The position numbers and the translations under genes are program-made. A stretch of 64,000 nucleotides of DNA from Pseudomonadales bacterium (GTDB taxonomy: Bacteria; Pseudomonadota; Gammaproteobacteria; Pseudomonadales; UBA7434), in contig JABDNS010000036.1 of assembly GCA_013043705.1 (NCBI GenBank), positions 2,390-66,389 of the forward strand, read 5' to 3'. Under the pieces are notes generated by a model. The model did no database searches. It was not told the DNA's origin and was given only the letters and a program-made list of their open reading frames with translations. Positions 1 to 9,079 of this stretch are shown one piece after another; the stretch's first letter is position 1; each line of letters begins with the position of its first letter.

Positions 1-795
1 CTGCTTGATCCAGCGCACGCGGTCGAGCACATTCTTGGAGTGACCATGCGCCGTATCGACGCAAATCAAATCTACACCGGCCGCCACAAGGCTGGCTACA
101 CGCTTTTCGGTATCGCCCGCTACACCAACGGCCGCACCTACACGCAGCTGAGCGCGCGCGTCTTTACAGGAATTCGGAAACCGCTGCGCCAACTCCAAAT
201 CCTTCACCGTAATCATGCCGCGCAATTCGAAGGCTTCATTAATTACCAATACTTTTTCGATACGATTCTGGTGCAATACATTTTTAACTTCTTCAGGGTC
301 TGTGCCCTCCAGAACCGTGACCAGGCGATCGCGCGGCGTCATTATGTTAACGATCTTCGCGTTCATATTGTTTTCATAACGCACATCGCGGCTGGTTACG
401 ATGCCCACCAAAGTGCCGTTCTCCATTACCGGCACGCCAGAAATATTGTGTTGTAATTTAATATCCAATAGCTCGCGAATGGTCGCGTCAGCTTCGATCG
501 TGATCGGGTCACGCACCACGCCGCTTTCAAATTTTTTCACCGCGCGGACTTCACGCGCCTGATCTTCAACGCTCATATTTTTATGGATGATGCCAACGCC
601 GCCGGACTGCGCCAGCGCAATCGCCAGCCTGGATTCGGTTACTGTATCCATGGCCGAAGACAACAGCGGAATATTGACCTGGATCTCGCGGGTCAGACGG
701 CTTTGCAAGCTGGCTGTGGTAGCGAGCATTTCGGAATAGTCGGGCAGCAGCAAGACGTCGTCAAACGTCAGTGCTTCATGGGCGATACGCGGCAT
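1..795 (-). CDS. guaB: IMP dehydrogenase, N-terminal 265 codons (gene runs off the left edge)
   Basis: Absent from the ORF track (no stop in window). My reverse-strand translation from ATG 795-793 gives [47 protein letters not shown] pair..CVDTAHGHS. Divergent from xseA, as in many gammaproteobacteria. Confidence 0.9.
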   Translation of the reverse strand, partial: MPRIAHEALTFDDVLLLPDYSEMLATTASLQSRLTREIQVNIPLLSSAMDTVTESRLAIALAQSGGVGIIHKNMSVEDQAREVRAVKKFESGVVRDPITIEADATIRELLDIKLQHNISGVPVMENGTLVGIVTSRDVRYENNMNAKIVNIMTPRDRLVTVLEGTDPEEVKNVLHQNRIEKVLVINEAFELRGMITVKDLELAQRFPNSCKDARAQLRVGAAVGVAGDTEKRVASLVAAGVDLICVDTAHGHSKNVLDRVRWIKQ

Positions 796-1103
796 AGCGT
801 TGGAACCTGGTCAGGGCCGGTGACGCACATTGCGCCGATGGGCCGGGGAGTGACGCGGGCCGCCGGGGTGAAACTACCGTGCCAAATGCCGCACCCAATA
901 AGGCATCGCTGCGCTTGCGTGGACACTGGCCGTATGGACACGGGCAATTGACCCGGCGCCGTAGCTAGCCGGGCATTATAAGGCCGCCCGGCAACCGGGT
1001 AAATGCCGATGCAACCACGCTAGCGCCGGGCCGCCCCGCGGCCTACAATCCGGCAATATCGATCCAGGCACCATCAATCCAGGCGTCATCAATCCGGGCA
1101 TTA

Positions 1104-2513
1104 ATGGACACACGCATTTACACGGTTGGCGAGCTAAACCGGCTGGCCCGCAATACGCTGGAGAAAAATTTTTCTGGCATCGCGGTGGAAGGCGAGATCA
1201 GCGACCTGATCCAGCACCGCTCGGGGCACTGGTACTTCACGTTAAAGGATAAAGACGCGCAATTGCGGGTCGCGATGTTTCGCTCCAGCAACCAGCGGGT
1301 CAGGTTCGAGGTGGAAAACGGCCTGCAGGTCCTGCTCAAGGGCCGGGCCAGCATTTACGAGCCACGCGGCAGCTACCAGTTTATTGCCGAGGCCATGTCG
1401 CCGGCCGGGCTGGGCAAGCTGCAGCTGGCCTTCGAGCAGCTCAAAGCCAAACTGGGCGAAGCGGGCCTGTTCGATGCCGATCGCAAACAGGCGCTGCCGG
1501 CGCTGCCCACCCAGATTGCCGTGATCACCTCCCCGCAGGGCGCGGCTATTCGCGATATCCAGAGCACCTTTGCCAGGCGTATGCCCGGCATTGAGTTGAT
1601 TGTGCTGCCGGTTGCCGTGCAAGGTGATGGCGCCGCCGATCAAATTGCCGCGGCGATAGCGTTGGCCAACCAGCTGGCGGCTGGGACCAGGAGGCCGCAC
1701 AATAAGGATGTAAGCATTAAGCCCGACGCTATTATCGTTGCGCGCGGTGGCGGGTCGCTGGAGGACTTATGGAGCTTTAACGAAGAAGTCGTTGCGCGTG
1801 CGATAGCGAAGTCCAGGCTGCCTGTAGTCAGCGCGGTGGGCCACGAAACCGATTTTACGATAGCCGACTTTGTGGCGGATGCGCGTGCGGCCACTCCTAC
1901 TGCAGCGGCGGAATTGCTAAGCCCCGATCGCAGCGAACTAAACCTGCAGCTACACGCGCAAACCAGGCGCCTGCAACGCGCCATGCTGCACGCCTATAGC
2001 CGCCAGGTGGCGCGCATCGCCGAGCTCAAAGCCAGGCTGCGGCACCCCGGCGATACGCTGCAGCAACAGAGCCAGCGGCTTGACCACCTGGATACGCGGC
2101 TACGCAATGTACAGGCACAGTTGCTGTACGCAGCCAAAGCCCGGCTCGAAACATCGCGAGCCGCACTGGCCCACTACTCACCGGCAAACAAAAGCCGTGA
2201 CTTGCGCGAAAAACTTGGCGCGCTACAGCGCCGCTTAAACACCGCAATGCACCGCGTGATGGAGCAACGCCAACACCGCGCCGACAAGCTTGCATCCAAC
2301 CTGCATATTGTGAGTCCGCTAGCCACATTGCAGCGCGGTTACGCGATCGTTTTTGACGAGCAGGGAAAGCTGCTACGCTCTAGCGCAGCCACGCAGGCAG
2401 GCGCTAGTATCAAGGCGGGCCTGGCCGATGGCACGCTGCGCTGCACCGTCGATGAGATACTCGAAGAGAAGATAGTTACTGCAGAAGCACCGGGGAAAAA
2501 TCAAACACGCTAG
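1104..2513 (+). CDS. xseA: exodeoxyribonuclease VII large subunit
   Basis: 469 aa. N-terminal OB-fold YTVGELN..L...F, then ITSPQGAAIRDI and ARGGGSLEDLWSFNEE motifs and a long C-terminal coiled coil. Confidence 0.9.
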   Translation: MDTRIYTVGELNRLARNTLEKNFSGIAVEGEISDLIQHRSGHWYFTLKDKDAQLRVAMFRSSNQRVRFEVENGLQVLLKGRASIYEPRGSYQFIAEAMSPAGLGKLQLAFEQLKAKLGEAGLFDADRKQALPALPTQIAVITSPQGAAIRDIQSTFARRMPGIELIVLPVAVQGDGAADQIAAAIALANQLAAGTRRPHNKDVSIKPDAIIVARGGGSLEDLWSFNEEVVARAIAKSRLPVVSAVGHETDFTIADFVADARAATPTAAAELLSPDRSELNLQLHAQTRRLQRAMLHAYSRQVARIAELKARLRHPGDTLQQQSQRLDHLDTRLRNVQAQLLYAAKARLETSRAALAHYSPANKSRDLREKLGALQRRLNTAMHRVMEQRQHRADKLASNLHIVSPLATLQRGYAIVFDEQGKLLRSSAATQAGASIKAGLADGTLRCTVDEILEEKIVTAEAPGKNQTR

Positions 2514-2542
2514 GGATGCGCGTTACCGGAACTCGCGCTAAC

Positions 2543-2572
2543 AAAAAAGGCCACCTGACGGCAGCCTTTTTT
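2543..2572. terminator. bidirectional hairpin between convergent xseA and the crp-like gene
   Basis: AAAAAAGGC..12 nt..GCCTTTTTT. The arms are exact reverse complements, with A/T runs on both sides. Confidence 0.5.
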
Positions 2573-2604
2573 CCAGATCACGCGCTACGCGCAACTATTA
2601 GCAA

Positions 2605-3255
2605 TTAGTAGTTGGCAGGCAAGCGACGATGAATAACGATGTGGCGATTTTCAAAACTGATGTAGCCGCCAATAGTTAAGTCTTTCAAAATACGCGCAAC
2701 CATTTCACGCGAAGCCCCTACCCTGTCGGCAATATCTTGCTGGGTAAGTTTCTCTTCAACATAAAACTCGTCGTTGCGCTCGGTAGCCAAGCTGTTCAAC
2801 ACTTTGGTCACGCGGCCATAGACGTCTTGCAGCGCAAGGCTTTTAACCTTTTCGGTGAGCGCGCGCACGCGGCGGGTAATATTGCGAATCAATGTTTTGG
2901 CAATATTGGGGTGGTCGTCAAGCACGCGGTTAAAATCCTGCTTGTAGATAATGCAGAAGTCCGCCTTCTCCATGGTACGCACCGACGCCGAGCGACGATC
3001 GTCGTCGAGTAGTGCCAGCTCGCCAAAGTAATCGCCACCGCCAAGCGTATTCATAATGAATTCCTTGCCGTTCTTGTCGCTGCAGTAAACCTTGACCTTG
3101 CCAGTCTCGATTACGTACAGCGAATCGGCAACATCATTTTCGTTGATGATGACCGTGTTCTTGGGATAACTCCTGCGAATGCTGGATTCTTCCAGTGCAG
3201 CCAATTCTGCATCCGAAAGTCCTGCGAATATTTCTACCGTTTTCAACACGCTCAC
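2605..3255 (-). CDS. Crp/Fnr-family cyclic-nucleotide-binding transcriptional regulator
   Basis: cNMP pocket YFGELALL..RRSASV and C-terminal HTH TQQDIADRVGASREMVARILKDL. The ORF is open to 3366. I prefer GTG at 3255 (GGAG 9 nt upstream, giving 216 aa). The start is uncertain. Confidence 0.8.
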   Translation of the reverse strand: MSVLKTVEIFAGLSDAELAALEESSIRRSYPKNTVIINENDVADSLYVIETGKVKVYCSDKNGKEFIMNTLGGGDYFGELALLDDDRRSASVRTMEKADFCIIYKQDFNRVLDDHPNIAKTLIRNITRRVRALTEKVKSLALQDVYGRVTKVLNSLATERNDEFYVEEKLTQQDIADRVGASREMVARILKDLTIGGYISFENRHIVIHRRLPANY

Positions 3256-3590
3256 TCTGCTGGTCTCCACCAATTGCTCTTGGCAACGCTTGCTAAATAG
3301 TCCGGATCCCTGCGCCAGCCGATTGCCGGGAGATGCCAGGGCATTCCCGATCCAACTTCGCCACATGCGGCGCGGGTGTGGGGGCGCATTTTCAACGATT
3401 TTGCCCTAGCTTCGCAAGGCGGCATCGCAAAAATTGCGGCCAACTACTGCATCTGGTCGCTCGGGACCCCGGACGGGATACGGTTATACTCTGCATTTAG
3501 GTCACGCGGCGTCTCGCGAGGCCACCGGACGGGGCTTGGCGCAGGCAAATAGACCCACCGGACAAGATTTTTCGCCCCCGGGGAAGCTGC

Positions 3591-5153
3591 ATGACAGAAT
3601 CGCTGCCAATGCGCGAGTTGGCCAGATTGCAAAGCTTGCAAATCAAAGTTGGCCAGATGCTGGTCAAAAGCAAGCTCTCGGCGACCCTGCGCGGCGACCT
3701 GGAAAAACTTTTCGAAGCGCTTGAGCAGAATGTCAGCAAATACGACGACCTGCATCTGCAAGGTATTACGCTCGACAACGTCGAGGATCCCGCGCTGCGC
3801 CACGATCTTCGCAATACCATTGGCATCACCCGCGGCTATGCGGAACTGATTCGAGATACCGCAGAATCTCCTACCGCCTCGCTGTCAAATTTGCTCGACA
3901 AGGTCATTCTCTGGTCTAACAAAAGTCTTGCCACACTGGAAAACGCCAAGCGCAAGAACCCAAGTGCCCTCGCAGAATCAGCGGCCGATAGCGATACCAG
4001 CAGCCCTAGCTACGAGGGCAAAATCCTGATTCTGGATGACCAGGCTGCGAACCGCGACCTGCTGTCCCGGTATATCGAGCAGCTCGGCCTGGAAGCCTTT
4101 GCCTGTGCCTCTGCGGAGCAGGCCTATGCCGTGCTGGAGAAGCAGGATATCGACCTGATCCTGCTCGACCTGGTGATGCCGGAAGTGAGCGGCCAGGAAG
4201 TACTGGGCCGCCTAAAAAAATCCAGCGTCTGGCGCGCGATCCCGGTCATCGTTATTTCCGGGCTGGCCGACCAGGAACAGGTTATTCATTGTATTGAAGC
4301 CGGCGCCGACGATTACTTGCAAAAGCCGTTTAACCGCGTGCTGCTGCAGGCAAGGCTTGCCGCCGGGCTGAATCGCAAGCGCTGGGTCGATACCGAGCGC
4401 CGCCTGACGCGCGAGCTTGAAAAAAGCCAGCGCTTTATCAAAAACACTTTCGGGCGCTATCTCTCCAGCGAAATTGTTAGCAATTTACTCGACAAGCCCG
4501 ATGGCTTGAACATGGGCGGCGAGTTGCAAACCGTAACCATTTTAATGGCCGACATTCGCGGTTTTACCACCATTAGCGAACAGCTTTCGCCACAAAGCGT
4601 CGTAAAACTGCTAAACATTTATTTGGGCTCAATGGCAGAAATTATTATGGCGCACGGTGGCATCGTCGATGAATTTATTGGCGACGCCATCCTGGCACTG
4701 TTCGGTGCACCGGTTACCAGCGCCAAAGACCGCGACAACGCGATACGCTGCGCGCTGGCCATGCAGGCCGCGATGCCTGAGGTTAACTCGCAGAATCACG
4801 ATCAACTTTTGCCCGAAATAGAAATGGGCATTGGCGTAAATACTGGCGAGGTGGTAGCCGGCAACATCGGCTCAACCAAGCGCGCCAAGTATGGCGTAGT
4901 TGGGCATGCGGTAAACCTCACGTCGCGCATTGAAGACCAAACCCGGCCAGGCGAAATATTGGTTGCCGAATCTACGTTGGCCGATCTGCAGCTGCCACTG
5001 GTATTGGGCAGGAGGCTGGACCTGCAACCCAAGGGTGTTCGCGAAACCGTGCAAGTTTGCCAGGTTATTGCGCTGGCTAACGAAGCGAACACTGAATCAG
5101 GCGACGGTGAGCTGCCAAGCGGCGATGCGCTGGACAAGGGAGCCAGCGCATGA
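3591..5153 (+). CDS. three-module signalling protein: DHp-like H-box domain, receiver domain, class III nucleotidyl cyclase
   Basis: H-box-like ALRHDLRNTIGITRGYAELI at residue 71 with no ATPase domain. REC has ILILDD, LLDLVMP (D193), VISG and QKPF. Cyclase has ILMADIRGFT, GGIVDEFIGDAILALFGAP, GVNTGEVVAGNIGS and GHAVNLTSRIE. Confidence 0.85.
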   Translation: MTESLPMRELARLQSLQIKVGQMLVKSKLSATLRGDLEKLFEALEQNVSKYDDLHLQGITLDNVEDPALRHDLRNTIGITRGYAELIRDTAESPTASLSNLLDKVILWSNKSLATLENAKRKNPSALAESAADSDTSSPSYEGKILILDDQAANRDLLSRYIEQLGLEAFACASAEQAYAVLEKQDIDLILLDLVMPEVSGQEVLGRLKKSSVWRAIPVIVISGLADQEQVIHCIEAGADDYLQKPFNRVLLQARLAAGLNRKRWVDTERRLTRELEKSQRFIKNTFGRYLSSEIVSNLLDKPDGLNMGGELQTVTILMADIRGFTTISEQLSPQSVVKLLNIYLGSMAEIIMAHGGIVDEFIGDAILALFGAPVTSAKDRDNAIRCALAMQAAMPEVNSQNHDQLLPEIEMGIGVNTGEVVAGNIGSTKRAKYGVVGHAVNLTSRIEDQTRPGEILVAESTLADLQLPLVLGRRLDLQPKGVRETVQVCQVIALANEANTESGDGELPSGDALDKGASA

Positions 5154-5518
5154 GCGTGGTGTTAATTGTTGAAGACAACGAACTCAACCGCGATATGCTC
5201 ACGCGCCGGCTCGAGCGCAAGGATTTCACCGTATTCAGCGTGGGTGACGGGCAACAGGCGCTGGATTTTATTGCCGACCAGCCACCCGATATCGTATTGC
5301 TCGATATGGACCTGCCGGTGCTCGATGGCTGGTCCACTTGTACGGCATTGCGCAATCAACCAGCCACTGCAAATTTGCCGGTAATCGCGCTTACCGCGCA
5401 CGCGATGAGTGACGACAAACAAAAGGCGCTCGACGCGGGTTGCGACGACTACACCACAAAGCCGATCGACTTTCCGCTGCTACTGGCAAAAATTGAAGCC
5501 TTACTGGCGGGCTGTTAA
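5150..5518 (+). CDS. single-domain CheY-like response regulator
   Basis: 122 aa with VLIVEDNELN, IVLLDMDLP, ALTAH and TKPIDF. ATGA overlap with the cyclase stop. Confidence 0.85.
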   Translation: MSVVLIVEDNELNRDMLTRRLERKDFTVFSVGDGQQALDFIADQPPDIVLLDMDLPVLDGWSTCTALRNQPATANLPVIALTAHAMSDDKQKALDAGCDDYTTKPIDFPLLLAKIEALLAGC

Positions 5519-7866
5519 TGGCTGAATCCCGCTTCAGGCTGCCGCGCTTTTCGCTACGACTGCGTCTATTCATATCGATTGCCGCAATCGTTGCGCTGTT
5601 CACGCTCACCAATATTACCTACCAGATCAGCAGTCAAAACCGCAACCTGCGCCTCGACAACCTGCAAAAAGCGGTGCAGGGGCAACTGGCCTCGGTTACC
5701 ACGCGCCAGCAGATGCAAGACCAGCAAAAAGAAATCCTGGTGCTGGATGCATTAAAACGCGGTGGCCAGCAAAAGTTGAGTAAAAAGGAAATTAGCGGCG
5801 CATTGGCCAGCTTGCAGAACCTTGCAAACCGCGTGCGCAGCCTGGGTGACTACGCCTACCTGGATTCCATAGAAGCCTACAAGCAGCTCTCCACCAGCTA
5901 CGCCGAGCTGGATATGCTGTGGCGCCAGTTCTACACCGGCTACAACGAGGACCAGACGCCACTGGCAACCAGCCTTGAGCGAAGCTTCGAAAACACCCTC
6001 GCCCTGTTAGGCGCGTTCGAAGCGATGGAAGTACAGGCCGCCGAACAACTCACCGCACAATTGCACAAGGTCTCGCGCTTTAACGATCGCGTTACCATGG
6101 GCATCTATCTATTTACCATCGCGCTCACGGTGGGCTTGGGCTACCTGCTAATACGCTACACCACACAGTCGCTGACCAACTTGAATGTTGGTACCGTGCG
6201 CATCGGCAGGGGCGACCTCGACTACCACATCCCGGTTAGCGGCGACGACGAAATTGGCGACCTGACTATTGCCTTCAACGAGATGGCCGACAAACTGCGC
6301 AACGCCATGGCGCAGGTACAACAATCGAAGGAAAAGGCCGACCAGGCCAATCGCGCCAAAACCAATTTCCTGGCCAACATGAGCCACGAGCTGCGCACAC
6401 CGCTAAATGCCATTATCGGCTACAGCGAAATGATGATCGAGGTGTACAACGAGGAAAACCAGCTCGACGAAAAACAGGCGGTCGAAGACCTGGAGCACAT
6501 TCTTAGCTCGGGCCGGCACCTACTTCAACTAATTAACGATGTGCTTGATCTTGCCAAAATCGAATCTGGCAACATGACGGTGCTAAACGAAACCTTCGAC
6601 AGTGTTGCAATTATTCGCGGCCTGGCCACGACCATGCTGCCGCTGGCCAGGAAAAATAATAATCAATTACTGGTCGAAGCCGACGAAAATATACCGCAAC
6701 TTTACAGCGACGCAGTTAAGTTCAGGCAAATATTTATTAACCTGCTTAGCAATGCCTGCAAATTCACCCGCGATGGAAAAATTACGGTGCAGGCAAGCTA
6801 CGCCGCCCACAACAAGCAACTGGTTTATCACATCAGCGATACCGGCATTGGTATGTCAAAAACTGCGCTGAAGAATATTTTTGAGGCCTTCGTGCAAGCC
6901 GATGCGGAAACCTCGCACAAGTACGGTGGCACCGGGCTTGGCCTTGCAATATGCAAACAGTTTATTGAGCTAATGCACGGCACGCTGGATGTGCGCAGCG
7001 CACCTGGCGAAGGCACTACATTCACGGTTGTATTACCCGCCCAGCCAGTGCAGCCAAAAATCGGCGAGCTAATCTCGCAAGACGACCAGCAAGAGTTGAG
7101 CTTTGTGCTAACGCCACCAGTTGCCAGCGATGTTGCCAGCACAATCCTGGCCAGCGATACCGAACCTGGTGCACTGGCGCTGGTGGCGCTATTGAAAGAC
7201 AGCGACAATGATTTCGCCGAATCGCTACAAGATCACTGCCAGACAATGGGCTATTCCCCCAGCGACACCCGTTTGCAAACATTGTGCGAACATCATCGGC
7301 CAGACTTCCTTTGTGCATTGCTGGGGGCAGAGAGCAAGGTTTTATTCGCATCGGGCTGGCTCGCCTTATCGCGCTCGCTGCAGGAAGCACGCGCCAGCGA
7401 ACTACCTGCGCTGCTAGTTTTTGGTGAAAGCGCAAGCTACCCGCAAGCCTGTGAGCTAGCGGCACGCTTTGATTACAGCAATCGCAAGCGGCTGACGATT
7501 CCGGTGCGCCAGCATAATCCAGTTGCTCGCCGCGGCAACGCGGTGCTAATTGGCTTTGCCAATGAGGAATTTCACGGCACCGGTGAAGCGCTACGCAATT
7601 CACTGGAAAAGGAGGCCTGGCAGTGCGAAGTTACCGACAGCGATGCAGAAGGCGATCTCAGCGCGCATGCGGATCTTGTTTTTTTTGCGTTGCAAGATAA
7701 CGCCGACCTGCTCTATTGGCACTTGATAGCGCTACGCGAAAAACTCGCACACCCCGATAGCGAAGAGCTGGTCGCGCTGCCCGGTATATTCCTGGTTACC
7801 AATCAAAACAGTTCACGCGTGCTGGATAGCGCCGCTATTGAAATTGAGCTAACTCCGCCCGTTTAA
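5518..7866 (+). CDS. membrane sensor histidine kinase (2 TM, HAMP, HisKA, HATPase) with about 268-aa degenerate receiver-like C-terminal extension
   Basis: H-box MSHELRTPLNAIIGYSEM, N-box INLLSNACKFT, G1 DTGIGM, G2 GGTGLGLAI. The start overlaps the CheY stop by 1 nt (TAATG). Confidence 0.85.
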   Translation: MAESRFRLPRFSLRLRLFISIAAIVALFTLTNITYQISSQNRNLRLDNLQKAVQGQLASVTTRQQMQDQQKEILVLDALKRGGQQKLSKKEISGALASLQNLANRVRSLGDYAYLDSIEAYKQLSTSYAELDMLWRQFYTGYNEDQTPLATSLERSFENTLALLGAFEAMEVQAAEQLTAQLHKVSRFNDRVTMGIYLFTIALTVGLGYLLIRYTTQSLTNLNVGTVRIGRGDLDYHIPVSGDDEIGDLTIAFNEMADKLRNAMAQVQQSKEKADQANRAKTNFLANMSHELRTPLNAIIGYSEMMIEVYNEENQLDEKQAVEDLEHILSSGRHLLQLINDVLDLAKIESGNMTVLNETFDSVAIIRGLATTMLPLARKNNNQLLVEADENIPQLYSDAVKFRQIFINLLSNACKFTRDGKITVQASYAAHNKQLVYHISDTGIGMSKTALKNIFEAFVQADAETSHKYGGTGLGLAICKQFIELMHGTLDVRSAPGEGTTFTVVLPAQPVQPKIGELISQDDQQELSFVLTPPVASDVASTILASDTEPGALALVALLKDSDNDFAESLQDHCQTMGYSPSDTRLQTLCEHHRPDFLCALLGAESKVLFASGWLALSRSLQEARASELPALLVFGESASYPQACELAARFDYSNRKRLTIPVRQHNPVARRGNAVLIGFANEEFHGTGEALRNSLEKEAWQCEVTDSDAEGDLSAHADLVFFALQDNADLLYWHLIALREKLAHPDSEELVALPGIFLVTNQNSSRVLDSAAIEIELTPPV

Positions 7867-7885
7867 CCTGCCTACGCTACATGGC

Positions 7886-8167
7886 CTACGCATCGTCGAG
7901 CCAGTTGAAGCACGCTTGATCGATTACTTTATTTTTTTGTGGCCGCGTCAATTGCTTGAACCGGTATTCGGCGCGCTGTGCCTCGGCGCGCGAGCCAATT
8001 AGCTGGGTAAATACTACTGCAAACGGCCCCTTGCCGCGCAACGCCTTGGCAGCGCGCTGTCCGCCCGCAGCGTGTTCGCCGAGCCTGCGCTGCGGATCGG
8101 TCGATATGCCAGCGTACAGACGACCGTCAGCGCAGTGCAGCACATAAAGATGCCATTCATCGCTCAT
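7886..8167 (-). CDS. GIY-YIG nuclease superfamily small protein (UPF0213-like)
   Basis: 93 aa with WHLYVLHCADGRLYAGISTD..RRL.EH and AEYRFKQL, the typical GIY-(10)-YIG layout. Confidence 0.75.
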   Translation of the reverse strand: MSDEWHLYVLHCADGRLYAGISTDPQRRLGEHAAGGQRAAKALRGKGPFAVVFTQLIGSRAEAQRAEYRFKQLTRPQKNKVIDQACFNWLDDA

Positions 8168-8209
8168 TGTTTAGCAACAACATTTAACAACAACATTTAA
8201 CAACGACAT

Positions 8210-9079
8210 TTAACAACACCGCCATTGCCATGGCGCGTCCGCGCTATCGAGCAATCGATCTTCATCGCCGTTTGAATTAATGCGAACAACGCGCTGGTCG
8301 CGCTCCAGCTTCAGCAAGTGGGCCAGTAGTGAATAGCGGGCAATGCCGTGCAGCGATACATCGACGTCATCGTAGGCGCGCGGCAACAGGGCATCGGTAC
8401 TGGCCTCACCCATCGCTTCGCAAACATCAAAAATTTTCTCTTCGCGAGCGTGCCGGTGTTTAATGAGCGCAGCAACTTCCTGCGCAGGCTGAGTCATCAT
8501 TTGACCATGCGCAGGTGCTATCGAATCGGGCTGATATTCCAGCAGGCGCTGCAACGATAAAATATATTCCGCCATATCACCCTGTGGTGGCGCGATAACA
8601 ACCGTGGAACCCTGCATCAGGTGATCGCCCGCCATAATGATGCGATGCTCCTCCAGCAAAAAACAAAAGTGGTTGTCGACATGGCCGGGCGTGTGTATGG
8701 CGCGCAGCGACATATCGCCTGCTGGCACGCAGCTATCGTGCACCAGTACGTGGTCGGGCGCGAACGTGTGATCCTGAAAGTGTTCGTGGTATGACAGCGC
8801 GCCGTACAATGGCGCGCCGGTGCGGTCGGCCAGCGGCTTGGCGGCCGGCGAATGGTCAGGATGCGTATGGGTAACCACAATCGCCGCAAGCCTATCGCCG
8901 ACCTGTGCCGCCAGTGCATCGATATGAGAATCGATGGCGGGCCCGGGATCAACCACCACCAGCTGCTCGCGGCCGACCACGTAACTGTTGGTTCCCGCAG
9001 CGGTCATCGGCCCGGGGTTTGGCGCCGTCATCCTCACCAGGCCTTCTGCAAGCACGACAGGGCTGGAGTCACCGATCAT
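8210..9079 (-). CDS. MBL-fold metallo-hydrolase
   Basis: HxHxDH motif [13 protein letters not shown] and a later HTPGH. The start overlaps the fabV stop by 4 nt. Confidence 0.8.
   Translation of the reverse strand: MIGDSSPVVLAEGLVRMTAPNPGPMTAAGTNSYVVGREQLVVVDPGPAIDSHIDALAAQVGDRLAAIVVTHTHPDHSPAAKPLADRTGAPLYGALSYHEHFQDHTFAPDHVLVHDSCVPAGDMSLRAIHTPGHVDNHFCFLLEEHRIIMAGDHLMQGSTVVIAPPQGDMAEYILSLQRLLEYQPDSIAPAHGQMMTQPAQEVAALIKHRHAREEKIFDVCEAMGEASTDALLPRAYDDVDVSLHGIARYSLLAHLLKLERDQRVVRINSNGDEDRLLDSADAPWQWRCC

Noticed and set aside
40-951. Plus-strand ORFs 40..456 and 583..951 at the left edge
   Set aside because: 40..456 and most of 583..951 lie antisense to a textbook IMP dehydrogenase reading frame (minus strand, 795 to 1). 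The 3' end of 583..951 runs into the GC-rich guaB/xseA spacer. Both products are Arg/His-rich with no motif or RBS.
3256-3590. Search for a CRP-type TGTGA-N6-TCACA site in the divergent promoter region of the cyclase island
   Set aside because: I found no convincing half-site pair by eye, so I do not claim autoregulation.
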